A DNA stretch of 64,000 bases, taken from Alphaproteobacteria bacterium. Its GTDB lineage: Bacteria; Pseudomonadota; Alphaproteobacteria; UBA7887. The notes below the pieces were generated by a model. It did no database searches, was not told the origin of the DNA, and worked only from the letters and a program-made list of their open reading frames with translations. The translations under genes were made by a program, and so were the position numbers. The stretch covers positions 192,001 through 256,000 of the forward strand of contig CBDCGL010000011.1 in the NCBI GenBank assembly GCA_965216755.1, read 5' to 3'. Positions 20,911-30,170 of this stretch are shown here, one piece after another (the first letter of the stretch is position 1; each line of letters starts with the position of its first letter).

Positions 20911-21651
20911 TCAAGTTAATGCGTTATCAAAGTATGCTCGATCAACTGCAGTGCAATACTTGGATAACCGAGTCATTTGCAAGTCATTCCGAGAAACCAA
21001 TTTGCATAACCATTTCGGCGCACGATCGGCGAATTTGATCTCCATGATGATCAATCTCGGATCCACGATGTACTTGCCAGTTTCAGATTGTTTTGTAATG
21101 CCGTTGATAGATTGGTCGTACTGAACGCGCCGATCGAATGTGATTCGCAGGTCCGGTTCGAAGGTCCCAAAGAATGCGCGCCGCCTGTAAGAGACGGCCA
21201 TGCGCGGGCGAAGTTTGTACGAATATTTCAGAAAAAGAGCTTCGCGAACAATCGTGTCGTCCGATGCTGGTGGCGTGTCACGAGTGCCAGCCAGGTCGTC
21301 AGCCGCCAAACCAAATAGTTTCTCGGCCTCGGTGACGCGCAAGCGCGCCCGACGTTTCTCAAGCGTGCGGTCCAAACGTTGCTTGATCTCGACAAATAGC
21401 AGATCACCATTTCCATATCGTCGAAACCGCAGTTTACGACGGTATTTGATACCCTCAATCTTCTCCCAAAACAGGGCAAGGCCCTCCGAGTCCCAATACA
21501 CGCTGTGGACCGGGTAGCCGAATTCGTCCTCCCAATTGGGGTCGCGATAGACGTAGGGTTCTATCTCTTCGACGATACGTGGGATCCGAGTATGCGGAAC
21601 GAGGAACTTGATCTCGAATCTATTCGAGCTTCTTTTGAAGTGTTGAAGCAC
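20911..21651 (-). CDS. VTC-domain (polyphosphate polymerase-like, CYTH/TTM fold) protein
   Basis: RFEIKF, SVYWD, RRKLRFRRY, VEIKQR, YRRRAF, LRITFD, MEIKF, SKYC motifs. Confidence 0.9.
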   Translation of the reverse strand: MLQHFKRSSNRFEIKFLVPHTRIPRIVEEIEPYVYRDPNWEDEFGYPVHSVYWDSEGLALFWEKIEGIKYRRKLRFRRYGNGDLLFVEIKQRLDRTLEKRRARLRVTEAEKLFGLAADDLAGTRDTPPASDDTIVREALFLKYSYKLRPRMAVSYRRRAFFGTFEPDLRITFDRRVQYDQSINGITKQSETGKYIVDPRLIIMEIKFADRAPKWLCKLVSRNDLQMTRLSKYCTAVDRAYFDNALT

Positions 21652-21944
21652 GTCTGTCCTCAGTATTGCCCCGTAACCGACATCCGAAACTCGTCATCGG
21701 ACGATCTTATGTTTATTTACTTCGCGATGCGTCGCTGAACAGGCGACACGTTTGCACAAATGGCGCCAATTTGTCACGAACTCGTCATCTATCGTCCGTG
21801 GCGCGCGAAACAGGGTCGCCGGGACTTGACCTCTCGCCACGCCGGTGGCACCGCTATCCTATGAATTGCGAAAGTCCCGTGAGCAGATCCGTTTCGCCCG
21901 GTCGCGAACGCCTCGGCTCGAACGAGAATCCATGTCAAGACGGC

Positions 21945-23195
21945 GTGAACCGCAGGAATATTTTGCGCGTGCTGGGCGCTGGGGCAACCCTCGGGGCACT
22001 CGCCGCGTGTAAGGCGAGTCTTGGTGAGCGTTGGGTTGGGACTTGGTCGAAGGAGGCGGCCGCACGAGAGCTTGCCGCACATCGCATTTCGCGGATGGTC
22101 CCGCGCGAGATGCAGGACCGCTACAGCCACTGGGTCGGACCGAACGCGCAGCATGGTCCGGCGGGTTGGGGGCGGCGCTATCGCATACGCAGCTTGGACA
22201 CGGATCGTGGCGCTCACGGCTGGGCTATGAGCTACTGGGAAGCCGGCGAACTCGACGAATTCCTCGGCGCACGTGTCGGCGACCTTTACGACTTAGATCA
22301 GGGCGCGATGGGCGATGCATGGAAATTGGATATCGTGCTTCACGATCTGGTCGCAAACATCCTCGGCGTATCCGTGCGTGATCTGTTGGGCGCCAAGGGG
22401 CCGCCGAGCCTCCTCGCGTATAGTGCCTCAATCTACATGGAGGATGTCTGGCCGCGGGACGACCCCAAGGGGATCGATGCCATCTTGCGATCTTGCCAAA
22501 TCGACCACGATCTGGGCTATCGGGCTTTCAAGCTCAAGATCGGCCGCGGCGCGAAGCGCATGGACCGACGCGCCGGTTTGGAGCGCGACATCGCGGTGAC
22601 GTGGGCCGTCCGGGAGCGTTTTCCCAACAGCCATATCTGTGTCGACGCCAACGATAGCCTGTCCGTCGATGAGACCGTCGCATATGTGAAAGGTGCCGCC
22701 GGTGCGGACCTTTATTTTATCGAGGAGCCGTTTGTTGAGGGTCAAGATGGCCTCAAGAAGCTGCGCAGCGCCATGTTCAAGTTCAATTGCCGCGCGCTCG
22801 TCTGCGAGGGTGAGTCTCGGAGCGAACGCGCGTCACAGCGTTGGCGTTATGGCGGATACACGCAGGAGCATATCGATCGGCTGTTCCGGCTGGCCGACGA
22901 TAGACTCATCGACATTGTGAATTTGGATCTAGGACTCGTCGGATTTACGAATTGGCGGCGCATCATGCCGGAACTCGTGCGTGTTGGATTGACGGCATCG
23001 CCGCATACGTGGGCGGCGACGCCGCGGGCCTACTATGCGGCGCAGCTCGGTGGCGGCCTTGGTAATGTGGCCATTGCCGAGGGGATTCCAGGTGGTGCCG
23101 CCGACATTGACTATTCCGCTTACCGGTTCGACGCGGGCGGCCGGCTTGTATTGCCCCTCGATCGGCCGGGTTTTGGCCTCACGCTGCGCGCCTGA
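21945..23195 (+). CDS. Mandelate racemase/muconate-lactonizing enzyme family protein with Tat/lipoprotein signal
   Basis: FKLKIG, VDAN, IEEP and a third E ligand; N-terminal NRRNILRVLGAGATLGALAAC. Start uncertain (GTG 21945 or ATG 21861). Confidence 0.75.
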   Translation: MNRRNILRVLGAGATLGALAACKASLGERWVGTWSKEAAARELAAHRISRMVPREMQDRYSHWVGPNAQHGPAGWGRRYRIRSLDTDRGAHGWAMSYWEAGELDEFLGARVGDLYDLDQGAMGDAWKLDIVLHDLVANILGVSVRDLLGAKGPPSLLAYSASIYMEDVWPRDDPKGIDAILRSCQIDHDLGYRAFKLKIGRGAKRMDRRAGLERDIAVTWAVRERFPNSHICVDANDSLSVDETVAYVKGAAGADLYFIEEPFVEGQDGLKKLRSAMFKFNCRALVCEGESRSERASQRWRYGGYTQEHIDRLFRLADDRLIDIVNLDLGLVGFTNWRRIMPELVRVGLTASPHTWAATPRAYYAAQLGGGLGNVAIAEGIPGGAADIDYSAYRFDAGGRLVLPLDRPGFGLTLRA

Positions 23196-23226
23196 AACGT
23201 TAGAATCGGAACCCAAGCGATGGTCA

Positions 23227-24114
23227 TCAGCGACTGTCGCCGCGCATTCTTGCCGCGCGTTCAAGAATGCGCAGGGCCTGTTTTTGATGCGGAATATCGA
23301 TCATTTTGCCGTCAAGTGACACCGCGCCACTGCCACCGGCATTCTCAAACGCCTTCACAACGGCCTGGGCGTGGGCGATATCCGCCGCCGAGGGCGTCAT
23401 TGCGTCATTGATAATTGGCACCTGACGCGGGTGAATCGCGATTTTTCCGGTGAAGCCTTGCCGCTGCGAAAGTTGGGTCGTGGCGCGCAGCCCTTCGTCA
23501 TCGCGGAAATCCGTGTACACCGTGTCAACCGGCTGGATGCCCCCTGCAACCGCCGCAAATAGGCACAAGGACTTGGCGAATTCATATGGCGCGTCCCAGC
23601 CGCCCGCGCCGTTCTTGTTGGTTTGGGCGCCCAGTTCCGCACTTAGATCTTCCGCGCCCCAGGCGCAGGCCGCCAAACGTGGACTCGACCCTGCCAACTC
23701 GCCCATGCGGAACATGACGTCCGGCGTTTCCGTGGCGATGACCAGAATGCGGATACGGTTCGGTGCCAAACCGTCGCGCGCCTCCAATGCGCTCAAATAG
23801 TGACACAAAGTTGTGACGTCTTCTCCGCGCCGCACCTTTGGTAAGACGATGCCGCCGAGTCCCGCTGAGACGACGGTGCTCAAGTCAGGTAAGGCATCGG
23901 CGGTTTCCAATGGATTGATCCGGACCCACCGCTCAATGTCCGTGTTTTCGACCTCTCTGAGTGTGTTGCGCACCAGCGCGCGTGCCGTCGCTTTCCGATC
24001 AGGCATGACTGCGTCTTCCAAGTCGTAAATCAACGCATCCGCGCCACTTTCGTCACCTTTGGCAATCTTGCGTTCACTGTCGCCAGGGACGAACAAATAC
24101 GATCGGGCGTTCAT
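23227..24114 (-). CDS. CitE-like CoA-ester lyase (HpcH/HpaI aldolase/citrate lyase family)
   Basis: RSYLFVPG, DLEDAV, WVRIN, GAEDL, GFTGKIAIHP, DGKMID. Confidence 0.92.
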   Translation of the reverse strand: MNARSYLFVPGDSERKIAKGDESGADALIYDLEDAVMPDRKATARALVRNTLREVENTDIERWVRINPLETADALPDLSTVVSAGLGGIVLPKVRRGEDVTTLCHYLSALEARDGLAPNRIRILVIATETPDVMFRMGELAGSSPRLAACAWGAEDLSAELGAQTNKNGAGGWDAPYEFAKSLCLFAAVAGGIQPVDTVYTDFRDDEGLRATTQLSQRQGFTGKIAIHPRQVPIINDAMTPSAADIAHAQAVVKAFENAGGSGAVSLDGKMIDIPHQKQALRILERAARMRGDSR

Positions 24115-24566
24115 GTTGCAGGCTTCCTGTGCATCAGACCGGACCGCTCGCAGGTCCCGACCAACTCATCATGCTGGTTGAAGGCACGATGCTCAAACGT
24201 CACGATGCCCGTATCGGGTCGGGATTTGCTGGCGCGCATTTGGACCACTTCGGTCTCAACTCGGATCGTATCGCCGTGAAACAAAGGTTTCGGAAATCGC
24301 ACCTTGTCCCAACCGAGGTTAGCGACCGTCGTGCCCAATGTGGTATCTCCAACCGAGATCCCGACCATCAAGCCCAAAGTGAACGCGCTGTTGACGATCC
24401 GTTGGCCGAACTCCGTGTTTTTGCAATACTCTTCATCAAGATGGAGAGCCGCCGGATTGTGGGTGAGTGCACTGAAAAACGTGTTGTCGGCTTCCGTTAT
24501 TGTGCGCCGCATGGCGTGCTTGAAGACATGACCGATTTCAAACTCTTCATAGTACAGACCCGCCAT
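24111..24566 (-). CDS. MaoC-family (R)-hydratase
   Basis: RTITEADN...NPAALHLD, NLGWDKVRFPKP. Start moved to ATG 24566 behind an AGGGGAGG RBS. Confidence 0.9.
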   Translation of the reverse strand: MAGLYYEEFEIGHVFKHAMRRTITEADNTFFSALTHNPAALHLDEEYCKNTEFGQRIVNSAFTLGLMVGISVGDTTLGTTVANLGWDKVRFPKPLFHGDTIRVETEVVQMRASKSRPDTGIVTFEHRAFNQHDELVGTCERSGLMHRKPAT

Positions 24567-24760
24567 GGTTCCTCCCCTCTCAATCCCTGACTCGAGCAAG
24601 GGTGGCACCGTAGTTGCTTTTCGCCGCCGCGGCATTCGATAAATCCGAACTGTGGGCACGACCATACAACGCCGCCCCTATCATCACTGCGCCTCGGCCG
24701 CTATTGGATCGATCCGTTGGTCACGGTTCTTAGATGGCTGGCTGCAAGGGCGGGTCCTTC

Positions 24761-25588
24761 ATGGTTGAACGTTCAGGCAACTATCCCATTGACACCCGTC
24801 AGTCCGAGATTGCTCGTTTGCGCATGCAGGCTGAGGCAATGGCCTTTGATGCCGGCGTGATGCTCGATCGCATCGGCGTTAAAAGGGGGTGGCAGTGTCT
24901 CGACTTGGCATGTGGTTGCGGCGGCATTGTCGATCTACTGAGTGCACGCGTTGGGCCCACAGGCTCCGTAACCGGTCTTGATTTCGACGATGCCTTGCTT
25001 GCGGTGGCGCGCGAATGGGCCGACGAGCGCGGCCTTGGGAACGTTGACTGGGTCCGTGACGACGCCTACCGCACTCAATTGCCGGCCGGCATATTCGATT
25101 TGGTGCACATGCGCTTCATCCTGAGTACAGCTGGCAATGCGGACGAGCTCTTGTCCGAAGCAGCACGTCTGACGAAGCCCGGCGGCGTGATTGCCGCGCA
25201 GGAACCGGACATAGAGACTTTGCATTGTTATCCGCCACATCCCGCGTGGGACAGGCTACGTAACCTGCTGGAGCTGGTATTCGGTCGTGTTGGGAATATC
25301 CGAATGGCGCAGCATTTGTTTCGCCAGTTTCATGCCTTAGGCTTAGCCCGCGTTGCTTATCGGCCCTTTTTGGTGGGGTTTACGAATCAAGATCCGATGG
25401 CCGACTATTTGCCGCAAACTCTGCTCTCTTTGAAGACCACGCTTGTCGACAACGATGGCATTGATCCGAACGAAATCGATGACACGGTTGCAGCCCTGCG
25501 CACACATATGGCAAAACCGGACACGATTTCGACCAGTTACCTGGTCGCACAAGTCTGGGGCATCAAGAATGGCGAAGGGGTCCGCTGA
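24761..25588 (+). CDS. Class I SAM-dependent methyltransferase
   Basis: LDLACGCG, VTGLD, FDLVHMRF, LTKPGG. Start uncertain (24734 or 24761). Confidence 0.85.
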   Translation: MVERSGNYPIDTRQSEIARLRMQAEAMAFDAGVMLDRIGVKRGWQCLDLACGCGGIVDLLSARVGPTGSVTGLDFDDALLAVAREWADERGLGNVDWVRDDAYRTQLPAGIFDLVHMRFILSTAGNADELLSEAARLTKPGGVIAAQEPDIETLHCYPPHPAWDRLRNLLELVFGRVGNIRMAQHLFRQFHALGLARVAYRPFLVGFTNQDPMADYLPQTLLSLKTTLVDNDGIDPNEIDDTVAALRTHMAKPDTISTSYLVAQVWGIKNGEGVR

Positions 25589-25722
25589 ACCCAACGATCC
25601 GCCGCCAATGCTGCGTACCGCAGCGCGACCTGCGGGCCCTGTCGGACCTATGGGAATTGAGCGCAGATTTGCACGGATGACAAATCGGCGGCACCATAGA
25701 TAGCAGATTGCTCGAGGTACTG

Positions 25723-27138
25723 ATGGTTTCCATTACGCGTGAATTGGCCGAATTTGTTAGCGACCTGTCATATGGGGCGTTGCCCCTGGCGGTTGTGGAA
25801 CGGGCCAAATCGCTTGTGTTGGATAGCGTTGGCATTGCCGTGCGCGCGCGCCACGACGCTGAGTCAACAGAAAGCGTGCTTGCGGCGGTTAAAGCGCTTG
25901 GATTTGGGCATGGACAGGCGACAATTATCGGCAGCGACGATTGCGTTTCGCCACCGGCAGCGGCCCTGATCAATGGCACGCTCATTCATTCCTTGGATTT
26001 TGATGATACGCATGCGCGTGGCTCGATCCACTCCAGCGCGCCAATCGTACCGGCGGCCTTGGCCGCTGCGGAAATGGTTGGCGCCAATGGCCGCGAACTG
26101 CTTGCCGGGATCGTCGCCGGCTATGAAGTCCAAATCCGCTTAGGCCTGGCCCTGGTGCCGAAGGATCACTACGCGCGGGGCTATCATCCAACGGCCACGT
26201 GCGGGGCATTTGGCGCCGCCGCGGCCGCAGCAAAGATCTTTGGTTTGTCCGCTGCACAAATCGCCGATGCTTTCGGCGTCTGTCTAAGCCAGACTGCCGG
26301 CACTGTCCAATTCCTTGCCAACGGGGCATGGACCAAGCGTTTTCAAGTTGGAAACGCGGCGATGAACGGCTTGGTGGCCGCCAGTTTGGCGCGCGAGGGC
26401 TTCAAAGGAGCTGCCGAGGCGATCGAAGGCCGGGCAGGGTTTCTACGTGCCTACGCGCCGGAACCCGATTTCAGCAAGGCGGTCGTGGGTCTTGGCGCCC
26501 ATTTTGAAACGTTGGCGATTGCGGTAAAGCCCTATCCGTGTTGCCGTTATAGCCATGCCGCCATGGATGCGCTGATTGCGTTGCGGAATGAAAACAACAT
26601 CGGCGCAGACGAGATCCAGTCGGTCGAGATTGGCCTGCCGCAGACGGGCTGGGAAATCATCGGTCACCCGGAATCAGACAAGCATCAGCCAACGAGCATC
26701 GTCGACGGCCAGTTCTCCATGCCGTTCTTGGCGGCCGTCGCGTTGCTTGACGGAGGACTGGTTTGGGATTCCTACAGACGCCATCTGGCAAGCGCAAAGA
26801 CCTTGGGATTGTGTCGGCGCGTGCACTCGGTTGTTGATCCGCGGGCCGCGGCGGCCTTTCCTGAGCAAATGGCAGCTGTCGCACGTGTGACGACATCGCG
26901 TGGCCGATTTGAACGGTTCGTCGAGGTGCCAAAAGGCGAGCCGGAGAATTTTCCGACGGGGGACGAACAACGTGCCAAATTCGAAGGTTTGGCCGGGCCC
27001 TATTTGTCGCCTGAGCGATTGACAGCCGCGTATGCGGCGCTGATGTCGCTCAATGACGCAGATTGTATCAGGGCCGTGCTTCGTCTAACCCATCCCGAGG
27101 TTGCCGTGTCGATGAAAGTGGCAGCGGCGGTTCAATAG
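25723..27138 (+). CDS. MmgE/PrpD family protein
   Basis: AALINGTLIHSLDFDDTH, GYHPT, KPYPCCRYSH, QFSMPF, PKGEPENF. Confidence 0.92.
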   Translation: MVSITRELAEFVSDLSYGALPLAVVERAKSLVLDSVGIAVRARHDAESTESVLAAVKALGFGHGQATIIGSDDCVSPPAAALINGTLIHSLDFDDTHARGSIHSSAPIVPAALAAAEMVGANGRELLAGIVAGYEVQIRLGLALVPKDHYARGYHPTATCGAFGAAAAAAKIFGLSAAQIADAFGVCLSQTAGTVQFLANGAWTKRFQVGNAAMNGLVAASLAREGFKGAAEAIEGRAGFLRAYAPEPDFSKAVVGLGAHFETLAIAVKPYPCCRYSHAAMDALIALRNENNIGADEIQSVEIGLPQTGWEIIGHPESDKHQPTSIVDGQFSMPFLAAVALLDGGLVWDSYRRHLASAKTLGLCRRVHSVVDPRAAAAFPEQMAAVARVTTSRGRFERFVEVPKGEPENFPTGDEQRAKFEGLAGPYLSPERLTAAYAALMSLNDADCIRAVLRLTHPEVAVSMKVAAAVQ

Positions 27139-27149
27139 GAAAATCGTGA

Positions 27150-27656
27150 ATGAGCTTTGTCCAAGAGTGTGTCGGCGCGAATCGATATCGTGAATCATTC
27201 GGCCGTCATTTCGAGGATTTCACTGTCGGTGATGTTTACGAACACCGCCCGGGGCGGACGATCAGCGAGGCGGACAACACGTGGTTCACGTTGCTGACCA
27301 TGAACAACCATCCGCTCCATTTCGATGCCGCCTATGCATCCAAAAGCGAATTCGGACAATTGGTCGTCAACAGTGCGCTCACGCTTTCGATCGTGGCGGG
27401 TATGACGGTCAGTGGTGTTTCGCAAAAAGCGATTGCCAATCTGGGATGGAACGATATTCGGCTGACCGCGCCGGTATTCGTCGGCGACACGATCTATGCC
27501 GAGTCCGAGGTGCTTTCGAAGCGCGAGTCCAAGTCGCGGCCGCAACAGGGGATTGTCACGGTCAAGACCACGGGCAAGAAGGCCGACGGTACCGTATTCA
27601 TGTCCTACGAAAGGACCGTTCTTGTGCCAAAACGCGGCCATGCGGTTGACGATTAG
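27150..27656 (+). CDS. MaoC-family hydratase (itaconyl-CoA hydratase-like)
   Basis: YEHRPGRTISEADNTWFTLLTMNNHPLHFD, ANLGW. The resemblance to RipB-type hydratases is from recall only. Confidence 0.8.
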   Translation: MSFVQECVGANRYRESFGRHFEDFTVGDVYEHRPGRTISEADNTWFTLLTMNNHPLHFDAAYASKSEFGQLVVNSALTLSIVAGMTVSGVSQKAIANLGWNDIRLTAPVFVGDTIYAESEVLSKRESKSRPQQGIVTVKTTGKKADGTVFMSYERTVLVPKRGHAVDD

Positions 27657-27667
27657 GACGCAGTGTC

Positions 27668-28834
27668 ATGCCTGACGATGACCGCGGCCTTTCGAACGAC
27701 CCCGAACAGCTGATTTTAGACAGTATCGACCGGTTTCTCGAACGAGATGTGAGGCCTGTCGCTCGCGCGTTGGAATCCGAAGACGCGTACCCCGCAGAAA
27801 TCGTTGAGAAGATGAAGGCGCTGGGTTTGTTTGGCGCGACCATTGGCCAAGAATACGGCGGATTGGGACTGTCAACGGCGACATACGCCAAAATCGTCGA
27901 ACGTGTATCTGCCGTTTGGATGTCGGTTTCCGGCATATTTAATTCTCATTTGATCATGGCTGCGGCCGTTCACAGGTTCGGCACGGACGCCCAAAAAAGG
28001 TACTACTTGCCACGCTTTGCCTCTGGTGAAATGCGTGGCGGCATTGCCCTTACTGAACCCGGTTGCGGCACGGATCTGCAAGCAATTCGCACTCGCGCCG
28101 ATCGCGACGGCGATACTTATGTCGTTAATGGCACGAAGACCTGGATTACCAACAGTCTTCATGGCCAAATTTTGGCCGTGTTGGTCAAGACCGACCCGCG
28201 CGCAGATCCCAAACATAGGGGTATGAGTCTGCTGTTGATGGAGAAGGGCCCGGGCCTTACCGTCAGCCGAAAAATGCAGAAACTCGGATACCGCGGAATT
28301 GATACTGCCGAGGTGATATTCGAAGACTGCCGGGTACCGGCCGAACGCTTGATCGGCGTCGAAGAAGGTCGTGGACTTCAACAAATTCTCAATGGATTGG
28401 CGCTTGGCCGCATCAATGTGGCTGCGCGTGGCGTCGGCCTGGCGCGTGCCTGTCTTGAAGAGTCGATCGCCTACGCGCAAACTCGCGAAACGTTCGGCAA
28501 ACCCATTTGCCAGCACCAGGCCATTCAAATCAAACTTGCCGATATGGCGACGCAAGTTGAAGCGGCCCGGCTTTTGGTCGCTGCGGCGGCCAGGGCCTAT
28601 GACGCCGGCGAACGTTGTGACATGGAAGCCGGCATCGCAAAGCTGTTTGCGACCGAGGCCGCCCTGAGTAACAGCTTGGAGGCGATGCGCCTCCACGGCG
28701 CCTATGGCTATTCGAAGGAGTTCAATATCGAACGATACTATCGCGACGCGCCGTTGCTGGCGATCGGCGAAGGCACCAACGAATTGCAGCGCATTTTGAT
28801 CGCACGTCAGCTCGTTGAGCGTAACCCGGTCTAG
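27668..28834 (+). CDS. Acyl-CoA dehydrogenase
   Basis: ALTEPGCGTD, NGTKTWITN, RETFGKPI, HGAYGY, IGEGTNE. Confidence 0.95.
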   Translation: MPDDDRGLSNDPEQLILDSIDRFLERDVRPVARALESEDAYPAEIVEKMKALGLFGATIGQEYGGLGLSTATYAKIVERVSAVWMSVSGIFNSHLIMAAAVHRFGTDAQKRYYLPRFASGEMRGGIALTEPGCGTDLQAIRTRADRDGDTYVVNGTKTWITNSLHGQILAVLVKTDPRADPKHRGMSLLLMEKGPGLTVSRKMQKLGYRGIDTAEVIFEDCRVPAERLIGVEEGRGLQQILNGLALGRINVAARGVGLARACLEESIAYAQTRETFGKPICQHQAIQIKLADMATQVEAARLLVAAAARAYDAGERCDMEAGIAKLFATEAALSNSLEAMRLHGAYGYSKEFNIERYYRDAPLLAIGEGTNELQRILIARQLVERNPV

Positions 28835-28845
28835 GGTCGCCGATC

Positions 28846-30033
28846 ATGTTGCCGCTCTCAGGGGTTCGCGTTCTTGCCGTCGAGCAATATGGCGCTGGAC
28901 CATTTGGCACAATGTACCTGGCCAACTTGGGCGCAGAAGTGATCAAGATCGAGAATCCGGCGGACGGCGGCGACATGTCTCGAGGCGTTGGGCCGCATTT
29001 TTTTGCGCCGGGCGATAGCTTTTTTTTCCATAGCCTAAACAGCAACAAAAAGAGTTTGACCCTCGACTTGGATCATGAGCAGGGACAGGCTGTTTTTCAT
29101 GACTTGGTGGCGAGTGCCGATGCGGTCACCTGCAATTTACGCGGCGATGTGCCGGCGAAACTTGGCCTCACTTACGAGACGCTGAAGGCGCATAACGCCA
29201 AGATCGTGTGCGCCCACCTGACCGCTTATGGACGCAAAGGGCCGCGCAAATCCTGGCCGGGCTATGACTACTTGATGCAGGCGGAAGCCGGCTATTTCGC
29301 GATCACGGGGGAACCTGGTGGCCCGCCGACCCGCTTCGGTTTGTCGGTTATCGACATGATGACCGGACTGGCGATGTCTTACGCGGTTTTGGCGGCTTTA
29401 ACCGCGGCCCGCGCGTCCGGGGTAGGGCGCGATATTGACGTGAGCTTGTTTGATGTCGCGTTACATAATCTCAACTACTTGGCCGCGTGGTATCTCAACA
29501 CAGGACATGCGCAGTCGCGTCTCCCGCGTTCCGCCCATCCTTCGCTTGCGCCGTGTGAACTATTCTCCACTCGGGACGGGTGGATATTTCTCATGTGCAA
29601 CAAAGAGAAGTTCTGGCCAGCGTTGTGCCGGACCCTTGGCCACCCGGAATGGGCGGACGATCCCCGCTTTCGGACGTTTGACGATCGGCGTGCCCATCAC
29701 GACGCCATGGTAGAGCTCTTGGACGTCGCCTTGGGAAAGCGCACAACCGACGAATGGATGCAGTGTTTCGCGGGCGTTGTGCCGGCCGCGCCGGTCCATG
29801 ATATTGCCCAGGCCTTGGACAATCCGTTTGTCATCGACAATGGGCGGCTTCAGACATTTGTCCACCCCGATGCTGGCGCGTATCGCTTGGTGGCGCCGCC
29901 GATCCGCTGTGACGATACGCAGCCGCCGGCGCACCCCGCGCCGGCATTGGGTGCTGATACCGATACGATCCTTGGCGAGCTTGGTTATGATGCCGCGCGG
30001 CGCGCCCAGCTTCGCGACGCAAAGGTCATTTGA
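28846..30033 (+). CDS. Family III CoA transferase (CaiB/BaiF)
   Basis: AGPFGTMYLANLGAEVIKIE, NSNKKSLTLDL, GYDYLMQA, APALGADT. Confidence 0.93.
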   Translation: MLPLSGVRVLAVEQYGAGPFGTMYLANLGAEVIKIENPADGGDMSRGVGPHFFAPGDSFFFHSLNSNKKSLTLDLDHEQGQAVFHDLVASADAVTCNLRGDVPAKLGLTYETLKAHNAKIVCAHLTAYGRKGPRKSWPGYDYLMQAEAGYFAITGEPGGPPTRFGLSVIDMMTGLAMSYAVLAALTAARASGVGRDIDVSLFDVALHNLNYLAAWYLNTGHAQSRLPRSAHPSLAPCELFSTRDGWIFLMCNKEKFWPALCRTLGHPEWADDPRFRTFDDRRAHHDAMVELLDVALGKRTTDEWMQCFAGVVPAAPVHDIAQALDNPFVIDNGRLQTFVHPDAGAYRLVAPPIRCDDTQPPAHPAPALGADTDTILGELGYDAARRAQLRDAKVI

Positions 30034-30170
30034 GCGCCCGCACGGCAGTTGGTCGGGCGGTGGCGGAGCCGTGTTCTCCCCTCTTGCCAGCCTGGCGATT
30101 ATGGCAGGCTCCACCAGCCTCATGTTCTGTTAAAGCCAGTCGCTGCGGGACCGACGATCGGATGCATTCC

